From: Minisyncoccota bacterium
GTDB lineage: Bacteria > Patescibacteriota > Microgenomatia > UBA1400 > UBA12028
DNA length: 64,000 nucleotides
Assembly (NCBI GenBank): GCA_016211945.1
Contig: JACRHV010000003.1
Location: forward strand, 69,631-133,630
Direction of reading: 5' to 3'
The translations under genes and the position numbers were made by a program. Shown in pieces: positions 1 through 9,966 of the stretch. Under the pieces are notes generated by a model. It was not told the origin of the DNA. It was given only the letters and a program-made list of their open reading frames with translations, and did no database searches. The number at the start of each line of letters is the position of its first letter. Position 1 is the first letter of the stretch.

Positions 1-491
1 TCAAGAAAATGTTTTAACCCATTCGTCGCTTTATTCATTGCCTCGACCGCCGGCATCTCATTTTTCTTCGTCTCCCCACTCGTTGGCTGCACCCAAATCT
101 GTACGCCATATATGGTACCGAGATATATGGGTTCACCCATTGCGAGTGACCCATCTCCGTTTGTTACGTATTGCGCGAACCATTTGTACAGTGGAACTTC
201 ACGTGTTTGTGGAAAAAGATCGCTAAAATCATCGACCCCTTTATATTGAGCATTGCTTAAAAATTCTATAAGCGATGCGAGCATCATTGCTTTCCGCGTA
301 CTACTTGAGCAGAAAATGAGTGCTTTAGGTGGTTTTTTGTCGCCCCAAAACTCATCTTTTGCGCCGGCTTCTTCAGTCAGTTGGAGTAGTGCCTCATCAT
401 TTCCCTCAATTCCCACGTAATACTTCAAATATGTGGCAAGCGCTCCCCGCCCATCTAAACTTGGATCTATTTCTAATGGTTTTTTTGACAT
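1..491 (-). CDS. Hypothetical protein, runs off window start; weak resemblance to Maf/ITPase N-terminus
   Basis: Manual translation from ATG at 491 (MSKKPLEIDPSLDGRG...LIFCSSSTRKAMML...AMNKATNG) has no stop down to position 1; LIFCSSSTRK resembles Maf LILASSSPRR. Confidence 0.6.
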   Translation of the reverse strand, partial: MSKKPLEIDPSLDGRGALATYLKYYVGIEGNDEALLQLTEEAGAKDEFWGDKKPPKALIFCSSSTRKAMMLASLIEFLSNAQYKGVDDFSDLFPQTREVPLYKWFAQYVTNGDGSLAMGEPIYLGTIYGVQIWVQPTSGETKKNEMPAVEAMNKATNGLKHFL

Positions 492-573
492 AGGAGTAAT
501 GCGTATCTGTGCTTTATGTATCAAACTTTATCGTTCATTTTTTTTCGTATCAACCCCCACTTTCTGTATCAAA

Positions 574-621
574 ACACTACATCTAGTGTTTCTTTGTCGA
601 GCGAAACACTAAATCTAGAAA
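574..621. promoter_or_regulatory. Tandem NrdR-box-like operators
   Basis: ACACTACATCTAGTGT (574-589) and ACACTAAATCTAGAAA (606-621), 32 bp apart, resemble the NrdR consensus acaCwAtATaTwGtgt. Confidence 0.6.
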
Positions 622-665
622 ATTCCTGAAGTTTTTGCGGGAATAGATTGAATAATCAAAGTAAC

Positions 666-2282
666 TTATGCGGGATCCTGGGTATACTCAAGACCTTTAC
701 GAATCGACTCCTCTGCCTTCTGCAGTTCAAGTCCTACATACATCATGTGACCCGGTTCGAGCATATAGTTCCAGTCGGTAATCTGCCATGCAACTTCCTG
801 TGCGGTTCTTCCCTCAAAAATCTTAATTGCAGGACCACCGTCCGGCTCAAACAATGTTGCACGGATCAATTTTCCATGTTTTTTGGGCATGGTTGGCAGT
901 GTTTTTGCAACTGCGTATGGAATTGACTGCGTTTCATACCGTTGTGAAAACATCGGCCACACATACGCCTCCTCCTCCCGAATCACCTCCACGATCACGT
1001 TGCCCCGCTTGTCGAATCCAAAATGGACGGCTGGAGAATATCCCAACTCAGACTCGTAATGCTCCATCAGTAAGTTGTCCACTAATCCAAAATCGTCTGC
1101 GTACATATGTGCGGAGTGTGTAATCATGGTGAGCGGCCCCATCTCCATTCCTGCAGAGTCGGCGATATCTTTCTGAAGCTTGCGCAATGCGAATGTGTTG
1201 CGAGGCCATCCATGTACCATATCCTGTGAACGGAAATGTGCAGTAAAGAAAAATTTATTATCTTGTACCGAGCCAAGCACCATCACTAAACACGGGGTAT
1301 CCCCTTTGTTCACCTCGTTCCAATCGCGCTTGGGATCCATGGTGGTCGCCACCATCTTCTTACTGTCCGGCCGATTTTTTAATAAATCCTTCATTGCAGC
1401 GATCTGATCCACACCCAAGTCCACCCGCATCCGTTTCCCATAGTTATACGCAACTCCCGGAATTTGGCGGCTGGTCAAAATCTCTGCGTAATACGCCTCC
1501 AGTTCCACCCGAGTAAACGGTAGATATTCCGGAAAATAAATGTCGTCGGGATTTTCATCCGTGATCACCGCAGTTAAGTTCAAAATTTCTTTGAGTGAGT
1601 TGTCTTTGCTGTACCGCGTGTGTTTTGGTCGGCCATATTTCTGAATTTCATTGAGTAGTTTCAGCCATGTTTTTGCTACCTTTGGCGCGGAAACACGGAA
1701 GCCTGTTTGTTCGGATGGCATCGTTCGCACCGTCACTTCCGACTGCGGAAACGTCCGTGTTTTTGCTGAGAAAGGTTCCATTGGGGTTGCGCTGAGTTCT
1801 CGAACCTTCTCTACAAAATCTGTTGCTTTCCTCCCGCGCATATCCACCACATCCACAACCTTGCGAAATTCTTCAACCACATCGTTTGACAACTCTTTTT
1901 CAATCTCTCCGCGTGCCGCAACAATTTTTCTTGTCTCTCCCTCGACCCCTTTCATCTTCAGCATCAACAACGAGTGGCCGGAAAGCGACATCTCCGCACC
2001 CCATATCACAATCACGCGAATGTGGGGATTCGCAAAAATATTGCGAATCATTGCATTGATTCCCTGCGCGCTATACAGATTTCCAATCGTGTTGTAGTCC
2101 ACATTTTTGAGTAGCGTTTCTACAACTTGCCGTTCTGTCCACAAACAGCACACCGCAACGTGATGTCGCGGGTTTTTCACTTTAAGAATATCTTTATAAA
2201 AAAGAGGCCAATGAGAGAGATCAATCGAGGTATTTTTGTTCGATGTCTTCACTTGGTTGAGTGATTTCTTTGCTTTTGGCAT
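666..2282 (-). CDS. thyA: Thymidylate synthase (ThyA-type) fused to N-terminal MtrA-like and C-terminal DUF4346-like domains
   Basis: ThyA motifs PCL, RSQD..GWPRN, HSAHMY; N-terminal VAVCCLWT..GNLYS..GINAMIRNIFANPHIR; C-terminal HMMYVGLELQKAE..YTQD; adjacent to dcd; start 2282 or 2294. Confidence 0.8.
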   Translation of the reverse strand: MPKAKKSLNQVKTSNKNTSIDLSHWPLFYKDILKVKNPRHHVAVCCLWTERQVVETLLKNVDYNTIGNLYSAQGINAMIRNIFANPHIRVIVIWGAEMSLSGHSLLMLKMKGVEGETRKIVAARGEIEKELSNDVVEEFRKVVDVVDMRGRKATDFVEKVRELSATPMEPFSAKTRTFPQSEVTVRTMPSEQTGFRVSAPKVAKTWLKLLNEIQKYGRPKHTRYSKDNSLKEILNLTAVITDENPDDIYFPEYLPFTRVELEAYYAEILTSRQIPGVAYNYGKRMRVDLGVDQIAAMKDLLKNRPDSKKMVATTMDPKRDWNEVNKGDTPCLVMVLGSVQDNKFFFTAHFRSQDMVHGWPRNTFALRKLQKDIADSAGMEMGPLTMITHSAHMYADDFGLVDNLLMEHYESELGYSPAVHFGFDKRGNVIVEVIREEEAYVWPMFSQRYETQSIPYAVAKTLPTMPKKHGKLIRATLFEPDGGPAIKIFEGRTAQEVAWQITDWNYMLEPGHMMYVGLELQKAEESIRKGLEYTQDPA

Positions 2283-2326
2283 AGGAACGAGCATACCCGA
2301 ACACTACATAATGATCAAGTGGATCG

Positions 2327-2881
2327 TTACTCAAAATCTTTCCAGATGCGCGACGGCGTTGGAGGTTCCTGATCCTGATATTTGTTCACCAACTTGGAGT
2401 AGTCCATCTCGACCGGAGAGCTCATCTGCAAGAATGCAAGCTGCGCCACACGCATATCTGCATAGATTTGAATCGGCATATTACTAATGTTGCTCATCTC
2501 AAACGTGAGATATCCAGAAAATCCCGGCTGCACAAAACTCGCGGTTGCGTGAACGATAAGACCGATACGACCTAATGAGGAGCGACCTTCCAACAACCCA
2601 ATAAGATCTGGCGGGAGCGTCACAATTTCCTTTGTAGATCCGAGAATAAACTCACGCGGATGAATCACAATCGATCCATCCTTTTTTGCTTTTACGAGTT
2701 CCGTCACATCAAATTCTTTTTTTACATCAATGTGTGTATGCGCATTGTTGCGGAATACGCGAAAGTTTTCATGCAATCGAAGATCGATCGCCGCAGGGCG
2801 AATTTGTGCGGGATCCAGCGGCTCAATAATAATTTTCTTCTGTTCAATGTACTTGCGAATATCTTTATCTGAAAGAACCAT
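2327..2881 (-). CDS. dcd: dCTP deaminase
   Basis: MVLSDKDI start, PAAIDLRL, GRSSLGRIG, GFSGYLTFE, KYQDQ motifs. Confidence 0.93.
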   Translation of the reverse strand: MVLSDKDIRKYIEQKKIIIEPLDPAQIRPAAIDLRLHENFRVFRNNAHTHIDVKKEFDVTELVKAKKDGSIVIHPREFILGSTKEIVTLPPDLIGLLEGRSSLGRIGLIVHATASFVQPGFSGYLTFEMSNISNMPIQIYADMRVAQLAFLQMSSPVEMDYSKLVNKYQDQEPPTPSRIWKDFE

Positions 2882-2894
2882 AGCGATTATCCTA

Positions 2895-4874
2895 TCATGT
2901 TGTTCCTGGTTTTTTCCAACTCGCAAAATTGCAGGCTGGATACCGAGAACATCCAAAGAAATTGCGTCCACGTTTTGTTCGTTTTATCACAACGTCACCC
3001 TCTCCACAGTCCGGACATTTCATACCGTCCACTTTTTCAACAAGTTTGGCGGTATATTTGCAGTCCGGAAATCGTGCGCAACTGATAAACCGACCAAATC
3101 TTCCCGATCGAATCACAAGTTTTCCTTCTTTGCAGTCCGGACACATCTCACCTGTTTCTTCAACCGGAACTTTCGCACGATCCGCGTCTTTTGTTACCGC
3201 AGCGACGGTTTTCTCAAATGGCTCAAAGAATGATTTGATGACGTTTTTCCATTTTTTCTCACCCCGTGCTATGGAGTCAAGGTCATCCTCCATCTCAGCA
3301 GTGAATTGATAATCCAGTTCTTTCGGAAAATATTTCACAAGGAAATCGGAGACCGTTTCCCCTATGGGAGTTGCCATGAACGCTTTTTCCTTGCGTTCGA
3401 CATATCCGCGATCCAAAATAACACTGATGATACTTGCGTAGGTACTCGGTCTTCCGATACCCAATTTTTCTAGTGTTTTAATAAGTGACGCGTCATTGTA
3501 TCGCGCGGGAGGTTGAGTAAATTTTTGATTCGATTCAACTGTATTTAACTGAAGATTCTCTCCTTCAATAATCGCAGGAAGTATGATGTCCCCTTGATTT
3601 GGAAAGAGTTTCATCCACCCGTCAAACCGCAACACCGATCCCGCAGTCTTTAATGTATACCCATCTTTTTCTACCTGTGCAGTCACGACAAGTGATGTTT
3701 GGTCGTATGTTGCGGACTCCATTTGACTTGCTATGAATCTGCGCCAAATGAGATCATACAGTTTTGCACGTCTTGGATTGCCATCACTCGTATCCTCTAA
3801 AGATCGGAGGCCTGCGTTGGTCACACGAATCGCTTCATGTGCTTCTTGTGCGTTTTTGCTTGAGGTTTTGAAAAGGCGGGGAGTTTGCGGGAGATATGAT
3901 TGGCCATATGTTAAAACAATCAGTGAACGAGCGGCATCAATGGCCTGTGAAGAAAGCGCAACAGAGTCTGTACGGTGGTAGGTGATGTACCCCTCTTCAT
4001 ATAATTCTTGCGCAACACTCATGGTTTGTTTTGCGCTCCATCCCAATCGATTTGCCGCAGACTGTTGGAGCGTTGAGGTGGTAAATGGCGGCAAACTTAC
4101 GCGTGTCCGTTCTGTTTTTTGTACGGATTTCACTGCGTATGTGGCGTGACGAAGCGCTTGAACCGCTACATCAACATCTTGCTGAGTTTTTGGCTCAAAT
4201 ACGTCACTATTTTTCTCAAAAAGACGAACGATGAGGTCTTCTTGTTTTGGTGTGTACAGATGCGCGTCAATTTCCCAATATGCTTCTGGAATAAAAACAT
4301 TAATTTCTTTTTCACGCTCCACAATGAGGCGTAGCGCAACGGACTGTACACGTCCAGCAGAGAGACCGCGACGCACTTTTTTCCACAACACCGGTGAGAG
4401 GTAATATCCCACTAAACGATCAAGTACCCGCCGAGCCTGCTGTGCATCAACAAGTTCCGCACGAACAACCCCTGGGTGTGCGAGAGCATCAAGTACCGCA
4501 TCCTGAGTTATTTCATGAAACGTTGCTCTATCAAAATGTACTGTCGTATCGCTTTTCTTCTTTTTTGCGGTCGCCGTCTTTTCATTTAACAGATATGCAA
4601 GATGCCACGCAATTGCTTCTCCTTCGCGATCGGGATCTGTTGCGAGAATGACTTTCTCCGCAGACTGCGCAAGCTTTTTCAGTTTTGTTACCGTTGTTTT
4701 TTTCCCATCGACAATCTCATATTCCGGTTCAAAATCATGATCGATATCAACACCCAATTTCGCTTTTGGAAGGTCGCGCACATGCCCCATGCTTGCCTCC
4801 ACAATAAAGTCCTTTCCCAAAAATTGAGAAAGTTTTCGTGCTTTGGTTGGAGACTCAACAAGGACTAATTGCAT
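2895..4874 (-). CDS. topA: DNA topoisomerase I
   Basis: LVESPTKA Toprim, ATDPDREGE, SAGRVQS, ITYHRTDS, C-terminal Zn ribbons. Confidence 0.97.
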   Translation of the reverse strand: MQLVLVESPTKARKLSQFLGKDFIVEASMGHVRDLPKAKLGVDIDHDFEPEYEIVDGKKTTVTKLKKLAQSAEKVILATDPDREGEAIAWHLAYLLNEKTATAKKKKSDTTVHFDRATFHEITQDAVLDALAHPGVVRAELVDAQQARRVLDRLVGYYLSPVLWKKVRRGLSAGRVQSVALRLIVEREKEINVFIPEAYWEIDAHLYTPKQEDLIVRLFEKNSDVFEPKTQQDVDVAVQALRHATYAVKSVQKTERTRVSLPPFTTSTLQQSAANRLGWSAKQTMSVAQELYEEGYITYHRTDSVALSSQAIDAARSLIVLTYGQSYLPQTPRLFKTSSKNAQEAHEAIRVTNAGLRSLEDTSDGNPRRAKLYDLIWRRFIASQMESATYDQTSLVVTAQVEKDGYTLKTAGSVLRFDGWMKLFPNQGDIILPAIIEGENLQLNTVESNQKFTQPPARYNDASLIKTLEKLGIGRPSTYASIISVILDRGYVERKEKAFMATPIGETVSDFLVKYFPKELDYQFTAEMEDDLDSIARGEKKWKNVIKSFFEPFEKTVAAVTKDADRAKVPVEETGEMCPDCKEGKLVIRSGRFGRFISCARFPDCKYTAKLVEKVDGMKCPDCGEGDVVIKRTKRGRNFFGCSRYPACNFASWKKPGTT

Positions 4875-4887
4875 AGGCCTTAGTGTA

Positions 4888-5751
4888 TCACGTGAGCTGA
4901 AACCGCCCAAACTTCTGTTGTATTTTCCCTTGAATTTCCAGATGTGTAATCTCTTCTTGCATACGAGAAAGCGACATCGTTATGTTTGATTGGAGTTCAG
5001 GAAGCGTTGCGGGGCCGTGGTGCGAAAGATACGATTCTATCTCACTCGTTTGCTGTTTCTGCACTGGTGCCATTGTTTCAATATTCAATGCATCGAGAAC
5101 ATCTTGCGCTGATGTAATAAGCGTTGCGCCTTCATTTACGACACGCTTTATTCCTTCTGTCATCGGACTGGTTGCGGGACCAGAAACCGCAAATACCGGT
5201 CGCCCATACTCCGCGGCCGCGTATGCAGTCAACTGCGTCCCCGATTGTTCACCCGCCTCAATGAGTACAACGGCCAAGCTCATCCCCGCAATGATTCTAT
5301 TTCTATCTCTAAAGTGATATTTTCTTACAATGGTTCCTTGCGAATATTCCGAGTATAGCGCTCCGCCAGACTGCACAATATCTTCCGCAAGGTGGCGATG
5401 TTCAAGCGGCGCAATGACGTCCAGCCCGCAAGGCAAAACAGCAATTGTTTTTCCACCATACTTAAGTGCCGATCGATGCGCTTCACCATCAATCCCCAGT
5501 GCGAGACCGGAAATAATTGTGCAGCCCACAATTACGAGGTCACGCACAATAGTATTTGTCATAAACTTTCCATACGAGGTCATGGTGCGTGTTCCCACAA
5601 CGGCAACTGGAGATGACTGCGCGGAAAGATGATGTCCGCGAACATGTAATACTTTCGGCCGATCAGACAATGGCAATAATAATTGCGGATAGTTTGGATC
5701 GCGCGGTGATATCTGTTGAATTGATGTATACGGATGGAGGATGAGTCCCAT
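4888..5751 (-). CDS. dprA: DNA-processing protein DprA
   Basis: AVVGTR, ISGLALGIDGEAH, FRDRNRIIAG, EAGEQSGT; adjacent to topA; start 5751 chosen from promoter geometry. Confidence 0.95.
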   Translation of the reverse strand: MGLILHPYTSIQQISPRDPNYPQLLLPLSDRPKVLHVRGHHLSAQSSPVAVVGTRTMTSYGKFMTNTIVRDLVIVGCTIISGLALGIDGEAHRSALKYGGKTIAVLPCGLDVIAPLEHRHLAEDIVQSGGALYSEYSQGTIVRKYHFRDRNRIIAGMSLAVVLIEAGEQSGTQLTAYAAAEYGRPVFAVSGPATSPMTEGIKRVVNEGATLITSAQDVLDALNIETMAPVQKQQTSEIESYLSHHGPATLPELQSNITMSLSRMQEEITHLEIQGKIQQKFGRFQLT

Positions 5752-5757
5752 CTCGCA

Positions 5758-5795
5758 AGTGTACACACCGATTCTTACAATAACCTTACAAAAAG
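5758..5795 (-). promoter_or_regulatory. Tandem TTGTAAG-N4-TTGTAAG box plus -10 (TACACT) upstream of dprA
   Basis: Near-identical box with identical spacing upstream of comEA and ORF 39562. Confidence 0.7.
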
Positions 5796-5811
5796 AGAAG
5801 TGCTCAATACC

Positions 5812-6048
5812 TCATGGTGCCTCAGCATAGCCTAATGATTTTCTCGCCCAGTTTAACTCATCTTCTTTAAAAACGGCACGCAAAAGTTTATCAAGTTCTA
5901 ATCCGGATCGGACATACTCATCTACATACATTTTTGCTTGAGATGGCGTATTTTTATTTGCAATAAGCGTGATGTATGCGTTGTACTTCACAACAGCATC
6001 TTTATCACTTTGATCTGGCGGTTTCATTGAAAATTCTGCTTCTGACAT
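5812..6048 (-). CDS. Small hypothetical protein
   Basis: 78-aa ORF filling the gap between the PBP2 gene and dprA on the same strand. Confidence 0.55.
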   Translation of the reverse strand: MSEAEFSMKPPDQSDKDAVVKYNAYITLIANKNTPSQAKMYVDEYVRSGLELDKLLRAVFKEDELNWARKSLGYAEAP

Positions 6049-6057
6049 ATTTCTGTT

Positions 6058-7662
6058 TTACTTCCCCTCAAACCATCGTGTCAAGAGTTTTTTTGCGATT
6101 GGAGCGGCGTCGCTTGATCCTTCCACAAATTTTTTCTCCTCGTCACCCTCAATAAGTACGGTCATTACGATGGTTGGTCGGTCTGCTGGAGCTATGACGG
6201 TGAACCATCCATGCGTTTTTCTTCTTCCCTTGGCGTCTGCAGGTCCAAACTCAGCTGTACCTGTTTTGCATGCGGTGATTGCAGGTTTTCCATCAAAAAA
6301 AGGAAAGGCTGTTCCTCCGGAGGCGCACGCTGCCTTCATTCCATCCAGGACAATGCGAAGGTGTTCTTCAGAAATTCCAATCTCTTCACATCGGATTTTC
6401 GTATCCTGTTTTATGTGCGGTTCACACCAAACGCCCTTGTTTGCAATCGCAGCAGTCATTTGATTGAGCTGAAGTGGAGTTACAAGAACATCTCCCTGTC
6501 CAATCCCCATGTGATAGGTGTCACCCAAGTACCACTGTTCGCCAATAACTCTTTGTTTCCATTCGGGATCAGGAACGACTCCATCAACCTCCCCGGACAA
6601 CTCAATGTTTGTCGATTTCCCAAAGTGAAATGTTCGCGCAAACGATGCTAATACTTCCGGTCCTATCCATTCCGCAGCTTTATAAAAAAAGATGTCGTTG
6701 CTACGCTGCAGGGCGCGGACAATCCCAATCTCCCCCTCCGTCTTCCCATGTTGGGTAAATAGCCAGTTACGAAAGGTAAACTCTCCTATATCGATTTTTC
6801 CTTCATCTTTCACTGTAGTATCTTTGGTGATAACTCCACGTTTTAGTCCGGCAAGTGCGGTAATAATCTTAAATGTCGATCCGGGAGGATACAGTCCACC
6901 AATCGACCTATTGAGAAATGGAGCGTTTTTGTCCAGTAATGCCGCAGCGATAGCGTGTGGATCATACGACGGACTACTTACCAATGCATATACTTCCCCC
7001 GTACTTGGGTTTGAAGCGATAACACTTCCTTTCCGTCCACCCAATAATTCATATGCATACGCGGAAAATGACGCATCAATGGTGAGATGGATATCCGTTC
7101 CCGGAATAGGGTTTTCTTTGAGTACAGATCGCAAAAGTTTTCCTGTCGCATGCATTTCAAACACCTCTTTGCCTGTTGTACCAACCAATGCATCCTGCAA
7201 TACCTTTTCAAGTCCCGCCTTCCCAACGCTTTCTCCTATATATAACCTAGAGTTCTTCTTTATCTCATCTACCGTAACCTCGCCGATGTATCCCAAAACC
7301 GAGCTTAGTGCGGGACCAAAAGAATACCGTCGTTGCTGATCGATAAAAATGTTCTTTTCGTCACGCGCGAGAAGTGTGATGGCTTCTTCCGAAGTAATTT
7401 CAACAAACATAGGATAGGCAGCGTTCTCTGTTTCCACTGTTGTTTTTTTGTACAACGGAACATTACGGACAAGCATAACGCCGTGCCGGTCATAAAATAT
7501 TCCACGCGGTGCGGGTATATATCGTGTAAATAATCGATTGCGGTCCGCTTGTTCTCGATATTCCTTCCCGGAAATGATCTGTAATTGAATGACACGAACG
7601 AAACCGAGCACCGTGGATATGACGATCAACAGAATGAGCCAATATGTTCGAGAATATTGCAT
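6058..7662 (-). CDS. mrdA: Penicillin-binding protein 2 (class B transpeptidase)
   Basis: N-terminal TM, PGSTFK (SxxK), SND, KTGTAE; follows mreBCD. Confidence 0.9.
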   Translation of the reverse strand: MQYSRTYWLILLIVISTVLGFVRVIQLQIISGKEYREQADRNRLFTRYIPAPRGIFYDRHGVMLVRNVPLYKKTTVETENAAYPMFVEITSEEAITLLARDEKNIFIDQQRRYSFGPALSSVLGYIGEVTVDEIKKNSRLYIGESVGKAGLEKVLQDALVGTTGKEVFEMHATGKLLRSVLKENPIPGTDIHLTIDASFSAYAYELLGGRKGSVIASNPSTGEVYALVSSPSYDPHAIAAALLDKNAPFLNRSIGGLYPPGSTFKIITALAGLKRGVITKDTTVKDEGKIDIGEFTFRNWLFTQHGKTEGEIGIVRALQRSNDIFFYKAAEWIGPEVLASFARTFHFGKSTNIELSGEVDGVVPDPEWKQRVIGEQWYLGDTYHMGIGQGDVLVTPLQLNQMTAAIANKGVWCEPHIKQDTKIRCEEIGISEEHLRIVLDGMKAACASGGTAFPFFDGKPAITACKTGTAEFGPADAKGRRKTHGWFTVIAPADRPTIVMTVLIEGDEEKKFVEGSSDAAPIAKKLLTRWFEGK

Positions 7663-7667
7663 GGTAT

Positions 7668-8093
7668 TTATTGCACCATAATATCTCTATTTCCGGCGTA
7701 CGACGTCCACATTTTCATTGCGATCCAACCCGTGCAATACACGAAAAATGACATGAGGAGATGACCGCGCAACGGGACAAAAACATATGATGAGAACATA
7801 CCCAACAGAAGATATACGACCACCCGCCATCTACTCCAAACACGAACACCAACCCATACAAAGAAAATCGTTCCATACACCAACGCAGATTGCCCGAATG
7901 CACGGAAAAAAAGAAGGTCATTGATATATGCTGTAAACAAAAATACGACAAAGAATATCCAAGAAGTGTGTTTGTTTTGCGATAACACCCAAATACACGA
8001 CACAAAAAATGCTCCGTACAGTCCGACAATAGACTCAAGAAAAAATCCACACAGCACCGTAAAGTTTATGACAATCCAATCCGTGTATTTCAT
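7668..8093 (-). CDS. mreD: MreD-like membrane protein
   Basis: Hydrophobic 141-aa ORF between mreC and PBP2; call rests on position. Confidence 0.55.
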   Translation of the reverse strand: MKYTDWIVINFTVLCGFFLESIVGLYGAFFVSCIWVLSQNKHTSWIFFVVFLFTAYINDLLFFRAFGQSALVYGTIFFVWVGVRVWSRWRVVVYLLLGMFSSYVFVPLRGHLLMSFFVYCTGWIAMKMWTSYAGNRDIMVQ

Positions 8094-8848
8094 CGATCTT
8101 CCTCTCCAATCGGCAGTACTGCCACCGGAAGTCCCTGTTCGGCGTGGATAAACACTTCTATTTCTACAGACTGCGATGTTTCTCCCTGCGTACGAATGAT
8201 TTTTGTTACTTTTCCAATCGGTATATTTGGAAGGATTCCCGTTTCATCACCCCCTGTAACAACTGTTTGTCCATTTTCAATCGGTGTGTTTATATCAATA
8301 TGGTCTACACGCAATCCTTGCTTTCCCAAAGAAAGAACACCGAACGTTCGTGTTCCGCTTAAACGAACTTGTAGTTTTCTTGTAAAATGTTCTATCACTT
8401 CTATCTGGGAGAATTGCATACCCGACTGGATAACAATCCCCAACGCATTTCCCTCTGCAAGGACTAGCGATCCTGGACGTACACCTTGAAGCGTCCCGAG
8501 TGGAATAACAACTCGATCACTTACAATGAGCTGTGTTGGAATGTATCGATCATCAATGTTTTTTGTTTTTTTGTATGCCTCCCACTCTTGCATATCCGTC
8601 TTCCATTGTTCTTTTTCGGCAACAAGTTTTGCATACTGATGTTGAAGTGTTGTGTACTCATCACGCTGTGCCTGCATATCTCGGAGTATTTGCCAAGGTC
8701 TTTCCTCAAGTTGGCGAACCAATGACTGTGTAACCATAAGTGAGGTTATTCCCCGTTCCATCTTTTCTCGAACCGCTTGAAGTATCCCAAATTTTTCTGC
8801 CAAAAGTGTGATTGCCGCGCACATCATGATGATGAAAAAACCACGCAT
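8090..8848 (-). CDS. mreC: Rod shape-determining protein MreC
   Basis: TM, coiled coil, VVTGG..GILPNIPIGKV; directly after mreB. Confidence 0.85.
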   Translation of the reverse strand: MRGFFIIMMCAAITLLAEKFGILQAVREKMERGITSLMVTQSLVRQLEERPWQILRDMQAQRDEYTTLQHQYAKLVAEKEQWKTDMQEWEAYKKTKNIDDRYIPTQLIVSDRVVIPLGTLQGVRPGSLVLAEGNALGIVIQSGMQFSQIEVIEHFTRKLQVRLSGTRTFGVLSLGKQGLRVDHIDINTPIENGQTVVTGGDETGILPNIPIGKVTKIIRTQGETSQSVEIEVFIHAEQGLPVAVLPIGEEDR

Positions 8849-8849
8849 A

Positions 8850-9950
8850 CTATCTCCACCGTACACCACGTACGATTCCTGTTTTCTTCAGTAAAAGAGG
8901 ATTTGCAAGAACATCCGCACATCCGCGTACTACAGCCAAATGTGGTTCGTGCGTCACCCACACCGGCATGGTTGTTGCTTCAGCAATGCACTGTTCCAAC
9001 CCACGGAGTTGTGAACTGCCACCGGCCAGTACGATGCCGTGTTTCATAATATCCGACACAAGTTCCGGCGGTGTTTCCTCCAGCGTTTCTGTCACTGCAC
9101 TGATAATCTGCTGGACAATAGGCATGAGTGCTTCCCGAAGCTCCACACTGTTCACTCTGACTGATTTCGGCAGCCCTGATTCCACATCCCGGCCACGAAT
9201 AACATACTGACTTGCATGTTTTTTATCTGTTTTTTCTTCAAACGGCGATGCACTCCCTATCGCAATCTTTGTCTGTTCTGCGGTAGACTCACCAATGAGC
9301 AGTCCATATCGCATTCGCGCAAACGAGATTACCGCTTCGTCAAACTCATCACCTGCCGTACGTAGTGAACGGTTGATCACAATCCCCCCAAGTGAGATGA
9401 TCGCAATCTCTGTTGTTCCCCCACCAATGTCCACGATCATCCGACCCTCTGGATCCTCAACCTTCAATCCTGCACCGATTGCAGCGGCCATAGGTTCCTC
9501 AATCAAATACGCTTGTGTCGCACCGGAACTCAAGGCTGCCGACTGTACTGCGCGACGTTCAACATCTGTCACACCGGATGGAATACCGATAACAACACGA
9601 GGTCTTCTTAAAAAAGAAAATGATGACTCGCCAACCACACGATGAATGTAGTGATCTAACATCGCCTCAGCCGCATCAAAGTCGGCAATCACCCCGTCGC
9701 GGAGCGGGCGCACTGCTTCAATATGCTTTGGTGTTTTCCCCACCATACGTTTTGCTTCCATACCAATCGCCATAATCTCCTTGGTGATGGTGTTCCGAGC
9801 AACAACAGAGGGTTCCTGAATCACAATACCTTTTCCTCGAACATGTATCACGGTATTTGCGGTTCCCAAATCAATACCAATATCCTGAGAAAACACAGAA
9901 AATAACAAGTGTGTCTCAAAAAAACCGGAGAGTAAACTGCTCTTTTGCAT
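8850..9950 (-). CDS. mreB: Rod shape-determining protein MreB
   Basis: IGIDLGTANT, EEPMAAAIGAG, DIGGGTTE; true start may be slightly downstream. Confidence 0.95.
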   Translation of the reverse strand: MQKSSLLSGFFETHLLFSVFSQDIGIDLGTANTVIHVRGKGIVIQEPSVVARNTITKEIMAIGMEAKRMVGKTPKHIEAVRPLRDGVIADFDAAEAMLDHYIHRVVGESSFSFLRRPRVVIGIPSGVTDVERRAVQSAALSSGATQAYLIEEPMAAAIGAGLKVEDPEGRMIVDIGGGTTEIAIISLGGIVINRSLRTAGDEFDEAVISFARMRYGLLIGESTAEQTKIAIGSASPFEEKTDKKHASQYVIRGRDVESGLPKSVRVNSVELREALMPIVQQIISAVTETLEETPPELVSDIMKHGIVLAGGSSQLRGLEQCIAEATTMPVWVTHEPHLAVVRGCADVLANPLLLKKTGIVRGVRWR

Positions 9951-9966
9951 GTGGTACTATGGTACC

